This document shows, one piece after another, positions 1-9,968 of a stretch of 64,000 bases of DNA. The notes below the pieces were generated by a model. That model had not been told where the DNA came from. It saw nothing but the letters and a program-made list of their open reading frames with translations, and ran no database searches. This DNA comes from Verrucomicrobiales bacterium (GTDB lineage: Bacteria; Verrucomicrobiota; Verrucomicrobiia; Limisphaerales; CANJXF01), in assembly GCA_947478865.1 (NCBI GenBank), contig CANJXF010000013.1, positions 1,462-65,461 on the forward strand, given 5' to 3'. Positions within the stretch are counted from its first letter, which is position 1. Each line of letters starts with the position of its first letter. The translations under genes and the position numbers were made by a program.

Positions 1-1238
1 TTCTGCCGGCCTGCATGCTGCCGTTATTGATTCTCGGCAACAAAGCCCGCCGCGCCAGCCGCGCCGGTCGGAAGGCCAGCGTTTCGCAGAATAGTTTGCT
101 GATCGAGTTGCTGAGCAACATTCGTGTGGTGAAAGCGTTCAACCTCGAGGCGCTCCAGATAAAGAGGTATCGCGATTACGCCAAACAGCTCGTGCATCAC
201 GGGATGAAAGGGGTTCAGGCGAAAGAAATGGTTAATCCAATCATCGAAATCATCTCGATGCTGGGCTTGGGCATGCTGGTTGTTTACATCTTCTGGTCCA
301 AACAAACCGTGCACGATCTCGTTGGGTTTTTAACTGGCTTGGCCCTCTTTTTTGTTCCCATAAAAAAACTGGCCAACATCCATATTCTTTTTCAACAAGC
401 CAGCGCTGGAGTCGATCGGCTCATCGAAATTCTATCCGAACAACCTAGCGTCAAAGAGTCGGCTTCCCCTAAAGCCATCGCCGGATTTCAATCCTCCTTG
501 ATCCTGGACAATGTGAGCTTCTCCTATGGAAATCAACTCGTTCTGACCAATGTCAGCCTGAAGATCCCGCGCGGGTTCAAGCTGGGCGTCGCCGGCGAAA
601 GCGGTTCCGGCAAAAGCACGCTGGTGAATTTGCTCTATCGCTTCTACGACCCGACCCGCGGCTCCATCCAGTTTGATGGCGTAGATCTGCGCGACGCTTC
701 GATCACTGATTTGCGCCAGCAAATGGCGCTGGTCAGCCAGGAAATTGCGCTGTTCGATTCGACCGTTGCCGAAAATATCGAGTGCGGAAAGCTCGGGGCG
801 AGCCGTGCGGAAATCGAAGCGGCAGCGCGCGCGGCGTTCGCGCATGATTTTATTTCTGAACTGCCGAATGGTTACGACACGCGCATTGGCGAACGCGGCG
901 TGACCCTGTCGGGCGGCCAACGCCAGCGCATCGCGATCGCCCGCGCGTTCATCCGCAACGCACCCATTCTTGTTCTCGATGAAGCGACCGCGTCGCTCGA
1001 TTCTCAATCCGAAGCGGAAGTCCAGGCAGCGATTGAAAAGCTGGAGGAAAATCGCACCGTCATCTGTGTGGCGCACCGCCTCTCCACGCTCAAGTCGATG
1101 GACTCGATTATCGTCATGTCACGTGGCGAAATTGTGGAGCAGGGCAGCTTTGCCGAGCTTCTCGAACATCGCAGTTTGTTCGCAGCAATGGCAAATCGCC
1201 AAGGAATCTCCGCCGAGAACGTCGCTCAGAAAGTATAA
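1..1238 (+). CDS. ABC transporter permease/ATP-binding protein, MsbA-like exporter (5' end cut by window edge)
   Basis: Frame is open from the window edge. Walker A GESGSGKST, ABC signature LSGGQRQR, Walker B ILVLDEATS, H-loop VAHRL. A hydrophobic TM segment lies upstream of the NBD. Confidence 0.85.
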   Translation, partial: LPACMLPLLILGNKARRASRAGRKASVSQNSLLIELLSNIRVVKAFNLEALQIKRYRDYAKQLVHHGMKGVQAKEMVNPIIEIISMLGLGMLVVYIFWSKQTVHDLVGFLTGLALFFVPIKKLANIHILFQQASAGVDRLIEILSEQPSVKESASPKAIAGFQSSLILDNVSFSYGNQLVLTNVSLKIPRGFKLGVAGESGSGKSTLVNLLYRFYDPTRGSIQFDGVDLRDASITDLRQQMALVSQEIALFDSTVAENIECGKLGASRAEIEAAARAAFAHDFISELPNGYDTRIGERGVTLSGGQRQRIAIARAFIRNAPILVLDEATASLDSQSEAEVQAAIEKLEENRTVICVAHRLSTLKSMDSIIVMSRGEIVEQGSFAELLEHRSLFAAMANRQGISAENVAQKV

Positions 1239-1250
1239 TTTTGATGGCGT

Positions 1251-2171
1251 TTAGCGTCGCCAACCAGCGAGCCGCGAGCCGAAGCGTTGATAAAGAACCT
1301 CAATTTGCGGACGGTACATTTCTTCCAGAAAGCGCCGTGACTTTTCTGGTATCACCGCTTCGGGATTCTTGTTCACGACTTTGTCGCAAGGAAATAACCG
1401 CCAATCCACATTTTCAGAAACACCAATGTGCCGGAACATTTCAGTGAGCACTTCTTTGGGTCGCGATGCGATCTCATCGAAAACCGCGATGTGCAGTTGT
1501 TCAGCAGGAAAGACGCTCAGCCAATGGGCAAAAACCGTGGTGTAATCGCTCATTTGGCGACAGTGGGCCGATCTGAAATAGGTGTTTAATTCCTCTTCCG
1601 TGAGTTCCTCGAACTTGCGTCCAGGCAGTCTCGATAGAACCCGGCGCGCTGCCGACCACACTCGATCAATCGGATTGCGCATGATGAAAAGCAGCCGCGC
1701 TTCGGGCATGATGCTCCGGATAAATTCAATTCGTTTGCGCGGAAGGATCGCGTAATCCGGACTGATCTCGCCCTTTTTCCGCGTGCCAGCATGCTTGAAT
1801 TGAGCGGCATAACTGAACCGCAGGCTTTTGAAAATCTTGAGGCTGAAATAGCGCAGTTCTTTTTCTTCAGACAGGCAAATCTCCGGATGGCAGCGGAGAT
1901 TCTCGTAAAGCCACGTCGTGCCGCTCTGCGGGGCGCCGAGTCCGAGAAAATCGGGCAGCGTCAGACTCCGAGGGGAAAGTATTTGTTGCAAGTACAACCA
2001 GTGCTCGGGTTTTGTGTAGATGGAAAAGATAGGGGTTAGCAGGCGTCGTTTCCATCGCTTCGAGCGATATGGATCCATCGTCCTGATTAATTCCGCATTT
2101 TTTTTCCTCAAGCTGTTGCTCATTGTCGGGCAACTGGATTTTGCAATAGAGTGAATCAGCATGGAAAGCAC
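1251..2171 (-). CDS. Sulfotransferase family protein (start uncertain; internal Met at 2123 would avoid overlap with the divergent gene)
   Basis: PAPS-binding style motifs GAPQSGTTW (5'-PSB) and IMRNPIDRVWS (3'-PB, RxxxDRxxS). 306-aa ORF, convergent with the ABC gene. Confidence 0.7.
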   Translation of the reverse strand: MLSMLIHSIAKSSCPTMSNSLRKKNAELIRTMDPYRSKRWKRRLLTPIFSIYTKPEHWLYLQQILSPRSLTLPDFLGLGAPQSGTTWLYENLRCHPEICLSEEKELRYFSLKIFKSLRFSYAAQFKHAGTRKKGEISPDYAILPRKRIEFIRSIMPEARLLFIMRNPIDRVWSAARRVLSRLPGRKFEELTEEELNTYFRSAHCRQMSDYTTVFAHWLSVFPAEQLHIAVFDEIASRPKEVLTEMFRHIGVSENVDWRLFPCDKVVNKNPEAVIPEKSRRFLEEMYRPQIEVLYQRFGSRLAGWRR

Positions 2172-3228
2172 ATACCGTTCAAAGTTTGTTTCACCGGTCT
2201 TTGCCGGTCCGTTGCTTCATTGTGCGCTCCTGCTAAAAAAATTTGATGCGTCTGAGAAACGTTCTGCGCGCTGCCAAAAATGGGCAGCCCGCTTTTACCG
2301 ACTCGCCTTAAAACGCCCTTTCAAACATATCTCTTCGATCGATCCGCGATTGGATCTTCGGGAAATCGGCAGCAAGCCGGGTTGCAAAGAAATTCTCTGG
2401 CACGGAAAAGTGGTTGGGCAAACCCATTCGCTGGATCAGATTCACAATTCTGTGCGAGGCGATTGCTTCATCGCAGCCACCGGTCCGAGTATCAACGAAG
2501 CGAATCTCTCGCTTCTGTCAGGCCGAACTATTTTCGGGGTGAACGGCGCGTTGCCAAAGCTGCGGCAATTTGGGCTCACGCCTTATTATTACGCGGTGGC
2601 CGATGTTGATTTCGCACAAAATCGGTTTGAAATGGTCCGGGAAATTGTTGCTTCGGGCGCCAAATGTTTTTTTTCGCCCAAGGTGATCTCAGTTATTGGC
2701 GACCGCGACCCTTCGCTGTTGCGGAAAGCTGAAATTTATCTGGTCGAACCGGTAAATAAATTGTACGGAGTTCCGCGCTTGAACTGGAAAATTTTCAAAC
2801 AGGAAAATCGCGACCTGGTTTATTCAAATGAACCCGATCAGAAATCGGGGCGCATCGGCTTCAGCACAGATCTGCGAAAGGGGCTGTTCACGGCCAGCAC
2901 GATTGTTTTCGGCAGCTTGCAAACCGCCTATCACCTCGGATTCCGCCGGCTCTTCATTCTCGGAATGGATCTGGATTACGGCGGTTCGTCCTCGCGTTAT
3001 TACGAAACTGGAAAACACGCTCGGCCTTCGCAGATCGAACAATTGTACGAGCCTGTCATTCGCCCGTCGTTTGAATTGTTGTCGACGCTCTGCCGCCAAA
3101 ATCTTCTCGAAGTTTTTAACCTTTCGAACAAGAGCCGTCTGCCGGCGGAAATCATTCCAAGGCTCACATTGGAAGACGCGATCGGCCAGATTCCTCAAGC
3201 AACATCCACCCGTTCTACACAAATTTAA
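2161..3228 (+). CDS. DUF115/MptE-Maf-like putative glycan-modifying transferase
   Basis: CFIAATGPSINE resembles the GxGPSL motif of the DUF115/CstII-like family. It is followed by ILGMDLDY. Sits in a glycan-modification neighbourhood. Confidence 0.4.
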   Translation: MESTYRSKFVSPVFAGPLLHCALLLKKFDASEKRSARCQKWAARFYRLALKRPFKHISSIDPRLDLREIGSKPGCKEILWHGKVVGQTHSLDQIHNSVRGDCFIAATGPSINEANLSLLSGRTIFGVNGALPKLRQFGLTPYYYAVADVDFAQNRFEMVREIVASGAKCFFSPKVISVIGDRDPSLLRKAEIYLVEPVNKLYGVPRLNWKIFKQENRDLVYSNEPDQKSGRIGFSTDLRKGLFTASTIVFGSLQTAYHLGFRRLFILGMDLDYGGSSSRYYETGKHARPSQIEQLYEPVIRPSFELLSTLCRQNLLEVFNLSNKSRLPAEIIPRLTLEDAIGQIPQATSTRSTQI

Positions 3229-3234
3229 AATCCC

Positions 3235-4422
3235 GTGCGCATCTGCCTGTTAACAGCAACATTCTTTCCCAAAGTCGGAGGCCACGAAGCCGTGGTTGAT
3301 CAGCTCGCCCGACAATTTAATCGGAACGGAAACGAAGCCGTCGTATTGGCCCAGCATCTCAGCATCAAAGGAACGCCCGGAAAACTGGATGTGCCCTACC
3401 GCGTGGTTCGATTCCGAAAGCCGTTCTCGCAAAACTGGGATTTAGGCGTGCTTCGTCGCGCGTTAGTTCGCCTCCATCGCGAGTGGCCCTTCGATATCAT
3501 CCACAGTCACTCGAGCTATCCGACCGGCTACATCGCCGTTCAGGCTGGGGCCATTTTGAACATCCCGGTGGTCGTGACGCCTCATGGCAGCGACATCGCC
3601 GAAACATCCCGTTTTCTCAGCCGCCCGGTGGTGATGCGAAGAATTCGGGAAACGCTCGAGAAAACGGATGCTCTCACGACCATCAGCCAGTATCTAAAAG
3701 GGCGCGCGCTGGAAATCGCGCCGAAATGCGCAACTCATTTGACCGAAATCAGCAACGGGATTGATTGCGCCGCTTTCGCTCAACCCGCCGTTCAGCCGGA
3801 GCGAATCAAAAAATATTTTCATCCGGATCAAGCGCAATTTCTCCTGTTCCTCGGACGGTTTCATCCCAGAAAGGGCGTTGATATTCTGATCGAAGCCTTT
3901 CGTATCGCCGCGCAAAACAATCGAAATCTCCAACTTGTCATCGGCGGTGATGGACCCGACCGCGAGGCGCTGCATCAGCAAGCTTCACAAAGCGGCGTGG
4001 CTGATCGCATTCATTTTCTCGGGTTGGTGCATGGACAGGAAAAGCTGTGGCTTCTGCAAAACGCGCTCGCCTTGGCGGTGCCGACAAAAAGTTGGGAAGG
4101 CCTTCCCATCGTTGTGCTCGAAGGTCTCGCCAGTGGACAGGCAATCATCGGCAGCCGGGTCGGTGGAATCGTGGATCTAGTGAAAGATGGCGACAACGGC
4201 CTTCTCATCGAACCGGGAAATGCCCCTAGTTTAGCGAACGCATTTCAAATAATTTCGGAAAATCCCGCCGCTCGCCGCAAAATGGGAGAAGCGTCGCGGG
4301 AACGGGCAAAACTCTTCGACTGGCCTAAGGTGACCGCGCGTTACCTTTCTCTCTTTTCAGACTTGATTGAACTATCGAACCACGGTTCTCGGAAGGTGAT
4401 TTCCGAAGGAAACAAGCGATGA
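3235..4422 (+). CDS. Glycosyltransferase family 4 (GT-B fold)
   Basis: N-terminal FFPKVGGHE and C-terminal EGLPIVVLEGLASGQAIIGSRVGGIVDLV, the typical GT4 E-x7-E region. GTG start 7 nt after the upstream stop. Confidence 0.8.
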   Translation: MRICLLTATFFPKVGGHEAVVDQLARQFNRNGNEAVVLAQHLSIKGTPGKLDVPYRVVRFRKPFSQNWDLGVLRRALVRLHREWPFDIIHSHSSYPTGYIAVQAGAILNIPVVVTPHGSDIAETSRFLSRPVVMRRIRETLEKTDALTTISQYLKGRALEIAPKCATHLTEISNGIDCAAFAQPAVQPERIKKYFHPDQAQFLLFLGRFHPRKGVDILIEAFRIAAQNNRNLQLVIGGDGPDREALHQQASQSGVADRIHFLGLVHGQEKLWLLQNALALAVPTKSWEGLPIVVLEGLASGQAIIGSRVGGIVDLVKDGDNGLLIEPGNAPSLANAFQIISENPAARRKMGEASRERAKLFDWPKVTARYLSLFSDLIELSNHGSRKVISEGNKR

Positions 4423-4521
4423 AAAAATCAGGCTTAATCAAATAAAAGAATTGAGTTCCCGCCGGCAGTGCGAGTTCAGCGTTTCTTTCCGCCAAGGCAC
4501 AATCCCATCGACAGCCCATCC

Positions 4522-5631
4522 CTAGGCTCGCGGATCCAGTTCAGATTTCAGATCCTTGCGGTCTGAGGGATTGCGGGCTTTGATCCTTTGGTCACGCTTG
4601 GCTCGTCGGTCAATGGTGATTTGACGTTTCCGGCGGCGGGCTCGCAGCTTTTCAATTTCTGCATCCAGCTTAATAAATCCTTCAAAACGTCCTGATGTAA
4701 GGACGCCGTTTTCCATCGCCTGGCGAATGGCGCAACCGTCATCCGACCCGTGCTTGCAATCGTGATATTTACATTGTCCCGCCAGTTTTTCGATGTCGGC
4801 GAATCTTTCTCGCAGCGTTTTTTCATCCGTCCACATCTGCACTTCCCTGATCCCCGGGTTGTCGATGAGCATGCCACCATTGGGCAAAACCAAAAGCTGG
4901 CGGGCGGTGGTGGTGTGCCGACCTTTGCCGGTGATTTGATTTACCTCATCGGTCCATTGCCATTCATCGCCGAGCAGCAGGTTGATCAGGGCGGATTTTC
5001 CAACGCCGCTGGAACCGACGAAGGCCACCGTGACGCCGGGTTTAAAGCAGTCCTTCAGTTCAGCCAGACCGGTCTTTTGGATGGCACTCGTCACGTAAAC
5101 CATCGCGTCCGGGTTGAGGGCGCGAATTGATTGGGCGGCTTCCTGATTTTGCGCGTCCGGAAAAAGATCTGATTTGTTGACCAGCACGACAGCTTTGGCA
5201 CCACTGCGGCCAATGAGAGAAAAATAACGTTCCATGCGCCGAGGATTGAAGTCCTGCCCGGCGTCGGTCACCACAACCACAAGGTTGATATTCGTAGCGA
5301 TGACCTGTTCTTCGGCGCTCTGGCCGGCAGCCCGGCGGGAAAAGCAGCTCTGCCGGGTGAGCCGCGCCTGGATGACCGTCTCCTGCCCCTCGCCGCCCAA
5401 CTCTAAAGCCACCCAATCGCCTACGGCAGGAAGTTCGGCATCCGTTTCCGCGTCATGATAAACCTTGCCGCTCATGCTAACTTCCAATTCTCGCCCGCCA
5501 TCCTCAGCCAGGAGTGCGCCGAAAGTGATGCGGTTGTCCCGGATGACGCGCGCTGGCTTCCACCCCTTCAAATAAAAAGGGGCAAACTCGCTTTCAAAAG
5601 CAGCGTTCCATCCGAGATCTTCCAGCGTCAT
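4522..5631 (-). CDS. rsgA: Ribosome small-subunit-dependent GTPase A
   Basis: Circularly permuted GTPase motifs NKSD, VGSSGVGKSALIN and GRHTTT. C-terminal zinc knuckle CKYHDCKHGSDDGC. Confidence 0.9.
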   Translation of the reverse strand: MTLEDLGWNAAFESEFAPFYLKGWKPARVIRDNRITFGALLAEDGGRELEVSMSGKVYHDAETDAELPAVGDWVALELGGEGQETVIQARLTRQSCFSRRAAGQSAEEQVIATNINLVVVVTDAGQDFNPRRMERYFSLIGRSGAKAVVLVNKSDLFPDAQNQEAAQSIRALNPDAMVYVTSAIQKTGLAELKDCFKPGVTVAFVGSSGVGKSALINLLLGDEWQWTDEVNQITGKGRHTTTARQLLVLPNGGMLIDNPGIREVQMWTDEKTLRERFADIEKLAGQCKYHDCKHGSDDGCAIRQAMENGVLTSGRFEGFIKLDAEIEKLRARRRKRQITIDRRAKRDQRIKARNPSDRKDLKSELDPRA

Positions 5632-5873
5632 CGCATCATCTTAGGTTTCGATTCGAAAATGCCAATGGGCAAAAAACACTTAAGCAGAAATGCCAAAAGA
5701 GAAAACATGGAACGTTCAACTTGAATGTCAAAAGGGATTCCACCCCGGGGGCGGAATGGAAACAACAAACGCCCGAAATCGGGAATCGAAGCCTCTTGCA
5801 AATTCAGTTTGAACACGTTGGCGGCGGAGCGGTCTCATATTCGTTAGGTTTTCATGTGTTTGTGTTTGGGTTT

Positions 5874-5909
5874 AAGAGTCTGGCTATTGGTTTGGCCAGA
5901 CTCTTTTTT
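5874..5909 (+). terminator. Rho-independent-type hairpin with T-tract on the + strand
   Basis: 11-bp perfect stem aagagtctggc / gccagactctt (5874-5884 / 5895-5905), 10-nt loop, then a T run to 5909. No annotated + strand gene lies upstream. Confidence 0.35.
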
Positions 5910-6026
5910 CCGCCCGAAAGACGACTGCTCATTTTTCATTCGCGCCCCCCAGCAAGAGAGGAATTTTTCACGTTCATCCAAGCGAGGAAGCCGGAAACGG
6001 GGCGGGGCTGACCACGCCGCTGCCAA

Positions 6027-7310
6027 TCACTTCAGCAAGTCCAGGCAAAGCAGTTCACCGGCGGTTTTAACTCCATCGCCCAGGTAGAGCTTGCCCTCGG
6101 CATAAGCCGGATTACACCAGTTCAAACTGCAAACCTGCGCCCGGCTGATCTCTCTGCATTCCTTTGGGTCGGCAGCGAAAAGCACCAACTCTCCGCTGTC
6201 CGTGGATAAGAGAATATTTTTCCCCAGGACGAGAAAGGCGGCGTGAGCCTTGTCGGCCGAGGTGTTGATGTAACCCTCTTTCGACCATTCGACCTTGCCG
6301 GTCGGTATCTCCACGCAAACAATATTTTTCGTCGGCCCGAGGCCATAAAGGTATTTTCCAACCGCGACCGGCGAAGAAAAATTCATCGCCGCTTCCTTGT
6401 TTACCCAAACCTGCTCAGCGCTCAATCCAACGCCGTTCCGCGAAACTTTGATGCCCAGCAAGCCGACCTGATGCGACGCAACGACGACCATGTCGCCGTA
6501 AATCACCGGTGTGGTTACGTGCCTTGCGTAAGCGGTTTTCACCGGAATGCGCCAGAGAAAACGCCCGTCATCCGCCGCCACACTCAGCACGCCTTCGACG
6601 GTGAAACAGATCACCTGTTTTATGCCAAGAATCGTGGCAACCATCGGCGCGGCGTAACCTGCCTGGTCGTTCTGCGATTTCCAAATCACCTTGCCGGTTC
6701 GTTTGTCAAAGCACACCACACTCGCGCCGTTCGTGCCGCCGGCACAGGCGATCAGGTGGTCGCCGTCAATCACAGGCGAAGCGTCGTTTCCGTGACGCGC
6801 GGCACCGGGAGCATTCCCTTTTTCTCCGATGAAGACTGCGCTGAGATCGTTGGAATAATTGACCCGCCAGACGAGTTTGCCATCGGAGACGTTGAGACAT
6901 TTCAATTCGCCCTTGCACGATTGCGCATAAACGCGGTCGCCATCGACCAGCGGCGTGCAACGCGGCGCGGGCGGGCCCTGGGTGTCCTTGTGGAGGTCAT
7001 CAATCTCTGCACTCCAAAGCTCTTTAGCGGTCGCGGCGGCAACCGCATGCAGCGTTTCCTTCCCCCCGGCGCTATCCGAATAGAAAACTTTGCCTGCGGC
7101 GACAACCGGCGATGCGAAGCTTTCCCCCGTCTTGATGCGCCAGACGGCCTTGGGCTCGGCTGGCAGTTTGGCCGGAACCGGTGCGCCCTGCGGCACATGC
7201 CCCGTCCGATCAGGGCCGCGCCATTGCGCCCAATCCTCTGAACGAAGTTCGCCTGCGGATAAAATAACTCCAGAAATCGAAACGAATGCCAGATAACGTA
7301 CGGAAATCAT
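6027..7310 (-). CDS. Secreted PQQ-like (BamB-type) beta-propeller repeat protein
   Basis: Signal-peptide-like MISVRYLAFVSISGVIL, then WAQWRGPDRTGH and repeated G-hydrophobic-V-a-hydrophobic-D propeller blades. ATG at 7310 preferred over the 7379 extension. Confidence 0.7.
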   Translation of the reverse strand: MISVRYLAFVSISGVILSAGELRSEDWAQWRGPDRTGHVPQGAPVPAKLPAEPKAVWRIKTGESFASPVVAAGKVFYSDSAGGKETLHAVAAATAKELWSAEIDDLHKDTQGPPAPRCTPLVDGDRVYAQSCKGELKCLNVSDGKLVWRVNYSNDLSAVFIGEKGNAPGAARHGNDASPVIDGDHLIACAGGTNGASVVCFDKRTGKVIWKSQNDQAGYAAPMVATILGIKQVICFTVEGVLSVAADDGRFLWRIPVKTAYARHVTTPVIYGDMVVVASHQVGLLGIKVSRNGVGLSAEQVWVNKEAAMNFSSPVAVGKYLYGLGPTKNIVCVEIPTGKVEWSKEGYINTSADKAHAAFLVLGKNILLSTDSGELVLFAADPKECREISRAQVCSLNWCNPAYAEGKLYLGDGVKTAGELLCLDLLK

Positions 7311-7524
7311 GGCATCGAATTCACCTGCAAATTGAAGCCCCGTCAAGCGTGGAGGCTTTTCGCGAGGTCGATTCCACATTTCCTGCCGCGCAGGCCTCGA
7401 AAGTTCAACAGTTGGCTGAAGAAAAGTCCGGATTCAACGTCTTGTTGGGAAAAATTGAGCTTGCCGGCGCATTCCGTCCCGAAGCGCTGGACGACCCGGA
7501 TTCTGGTTGGTAGCGTGGCGGCCC

Positions 7525-9879
7525 ATGATTACTTTTTTTGGCTGGCGTCGCACCCATCTGCGGACGAATTTCGCAATCCTCGTTGCGTTGACCACCGCAC
7601 TTTCACGATTTGCGGTATGGGCGCAATCCCCCACGCAATGGCAGCAAATGGATTTCGGGCCCACTTTTTCCAGCACCTTTGACGCGCGCTATGCGAGCAC
7701 CCGAAACCCCACCTACAAGGGAATCGCTGTTCGCCTGCGGCGTGACGGGAAAGCTACTGCGCTCTTTGACACCGATTTGCTGCGCTACTCCGCCTGGTGG
7801 AACGGCGGCTTCATCCAACTGCCCGAGAAGAGCCGCGATGGGCTTGGAGACGCTGTTGCGGCCGCCCCGGTCGGAACCGTTCGGCTGGGCACGCCAAATG
7901 TCCCGGGCTGGAGTCACGATAAGACTTTCAACGACCCCCGGACGCAACCTTGGGGACCCCTTCCCCGGGAACACTCCAAGTATCGTGGGCTATACCTGCA
8001 TGGTGACCGCACCGTTCTTTCCTACACCGTTGGCGAGACGCCGGTTCTTGATTCGCCATGGGCAGAGTCCGTCTCCGGTGATAACGGGGCCGGCGAATTC
8101 GAAGCCTTTGCCCGCACGATTGAGATTGACGCCCACTCGGAAACCCTCTCGTTGCTCGTCTGCGAGCGGAAGGATTCGACCGCGCGCATTGCGGCGGGGA
8201 ATGGTGTCGAAGCGTGGGAACATGGCGACAATGCCACAGCGGTTGCTCTCGCTCCAGCCAGCAAATCGGCCGCTAAAATTCATGCGACCTCGGGACAATT
8301 TATTCTGGAGATTCCTCCAGCAAAACAGAGTCGGCGGTTGAAACTCCTGCTCTGGTCTGGTGCCAAGGCGGATCTTAAGGAATTCGTCCGGCTGGTTCGA
8401 TCAAGTCCGGCGCCCAACGATCTGCGCAACCTCACTCAGGGCGGACCGCGCCGCTGGGCAAAGCCGCAGATTACCCACGGTGTTCTCGGAAAAGAGCCAG
8501 GGCCTTACGCTGTGGATACACTGACCGCACCTTACGAAAACTCCTGGAAGAGCTACCTGCGCTTCTCGGGGCATGATTTCTTTTCGAACGGCGATGCTGC
8601 GATCTGTTCCGTGAGCGGAGATGTCTGGATCGTGAAGGGAATTGATGCCGGCTTGGAGAAACTCACCTGGACACGTTACGCAACCGGCCTCCACGAACCG
8701 CTCGGACTGAAAATTGTGAACGACCAAATCTATGTCCTGGGTCGCGGCCAGATAACCCGGTTGCGCGATCTAAACAAAGATGGGGAGGCCGATTTCTACG
8801 AGAATTTCAATAATGACGCGCATTACTTCGGGCACGGCCACGCCTTCTACACGGAGCTCCACACGGACAAAGAGGGCAACTTCTACTTCACGGTTTGTGC
8901 GGATCCCGACGAAAGGCCCGGACAACATGGTGGCTGCCTTATCCGGGTGTCCGCCGATGGCCAACGCCTGGAGCGCGTGGCCACCGGTTTTCGCAATCCG
9001 AATGGAATGACGGTTAGCCGCGATGGCCGGGTGGTTGTCGCCGATCAACAGGGAGGCTGGGTTCCTTCCTCCCGAATCGACTGGGTCCGTCCAGGTGGCT
9101 TCTATGGCTATATGCCGATGCACCACCGCGAAACTCCCCCGACTATCTATGATAATCCCATCCTGTGGTTGCCGCACAATGTGGACAATTCTTCCGGAGG
9201 TCAGGCTTGGATCGAGGATGACCGCTGGGGACCATTGAAAGGCAAGCTGGTTCACCTCTCCTATGGTGCGTGCCGGATGTTCATCATCCTCCCTGAAATC
9301 GTCGCAGGCCAGATCCAGGGCGCGGCGGTCCCCCTACCCGTCCGGTTCAGCACCGGCGTGATGAGGGCGCGGTTTCATCCTGGCGATGGCCAATTGTATG
9401 TGAGCGGCCTGCGCGGGTGGCAGACAGCCGGAACGCTTTCCGGAGCCTTCTACCGGGTGCGTTACACGGGCCGGCCTCTCAGCTTGCCAGTCTCCTTTCA
9501 TGTGCGAACGAATGGCTTGCTCGTCAACTTCTCCGAGCGCCTGGATCCGAAGCTGGCCGCCGATACGGGCAGCTATGATGTCTCCCAGTGGAATTATCGA
9601 TGGACGAAGGAATACGGATCGCCCCACTACTCTGTGGCGCATCCGGAAGCAAAGGGAGAGGACGACGTTGAGGTAAGCCGGATAGAAGCGGGAGCCGATG
9701 GGCGGTCGGTCTTGTTGCACACCACCGCACTTGGCCCGGTGATGCAGATGCGCATCCGTTACAACCTCGCTACCGCGGAAGGAACCCCGCTCTCGGGCGA
9801 AATTTATAATACGATCAACGTTCTCCCGGCTACCGCCAGCGAGTCAAGCGAATGGTCCGGGTCGACTCCTTTGCCGTGA
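7525..9879 (+). CDS. Secreted beta-propeller protein, sorbosone/glucose dehydrogenase-like (SGL-type), without a heme motif
   Basis: Signal peptide ending AVWAQ. ATGFRNPNGMTVSRDGRVVVADQ and GHDFFSNGDAAICSVSGDVWIV resemble PVC 'membrane-bound dehydrogenase domain' proteins. No CxxCH present. Confidence 0.5.
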   Translation: MITFFGWRRTHLRTNFAILVALTTALSRFAVWAQSPTQWQQMDFGPTFSSTFDARYASTRNPTYKGIAVRLRRDGKATALFDTDLLRYSAWWNGGFIQLPEKSRDGLGDAVAAAPVGTVRLGTPNVPGWSHDKTFNDPRTQPWGPLPREHSKYRGLYLHGDRTVLSYTVGETPVLDSPWAESVSGDNGAGEFEAFARTIEIDAHSETLSLLVCERKDSTARIAAGNGVEAWEHGDNATAVALAPASKSAAKIHATSGQFILEIPPAKQSRRLKLLLWSGAKADLKEFVRLVRSSPAPNDLRNLTQGGPRRWAKPQITHGVLGKEPGPYAVDTLTAPYENSWKSYLRFSGHDFFSNGDAAICSVSGDVWIVKGIDAGLEKLTWTRYATGLHEPLGLKIVNDQIYVLGRGQITRLRDLNKDGEADFYENFNNDAHYFGHGHAFYTELHTDKEGNFYFTVCADPDERPGQHGGCLIRVSADGQRLERVATGFRNPNGMTVSRDGRVVVADQQGGWVPSSRIDWVRPGGFYGYMPMHHRETPPTIYDNPILWLPHNVDNSSGGQAWIEDDRWGPLKGKLVHLSYGACRMFIILPEIVAGQIQGAAVPLPVRFSTGVMRARFHPGDGQLYVSGLRGWQTAGTLSGAFYRVRYTGRPLSLPVSFHVRTNGLLVNFSERLDPKLAADTGSYDVSQWNYRWTKEYGSPHYSVAHPEAKGEDDVEVSRIEAGADGRSVLLHTTALGPVMQMRIRYNLATAEGTPLSGEIYNTINVLPATASESSEWSGSTPLP

Positions 9880-9968
9880 CCAACCCGGCACCAGAAACCT
9901 AGCCGTAAGACCGCGGTCGAAATGGGCTCCGACCCGATCTCAGGTTCAAGCGAGGTTTCTGTGGTGGA

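Noticed and set aside
9892-9961. Nested inverted repeats (cagaaacct ... aggtttctg enclosing ggtcg ... cgacc) between two convergent genes.
   Set aside because: Most simply a bidirectional transcription-stop structure between convergent genes. There is no U-tract and no similarity to a known RNA family that I can recognise.
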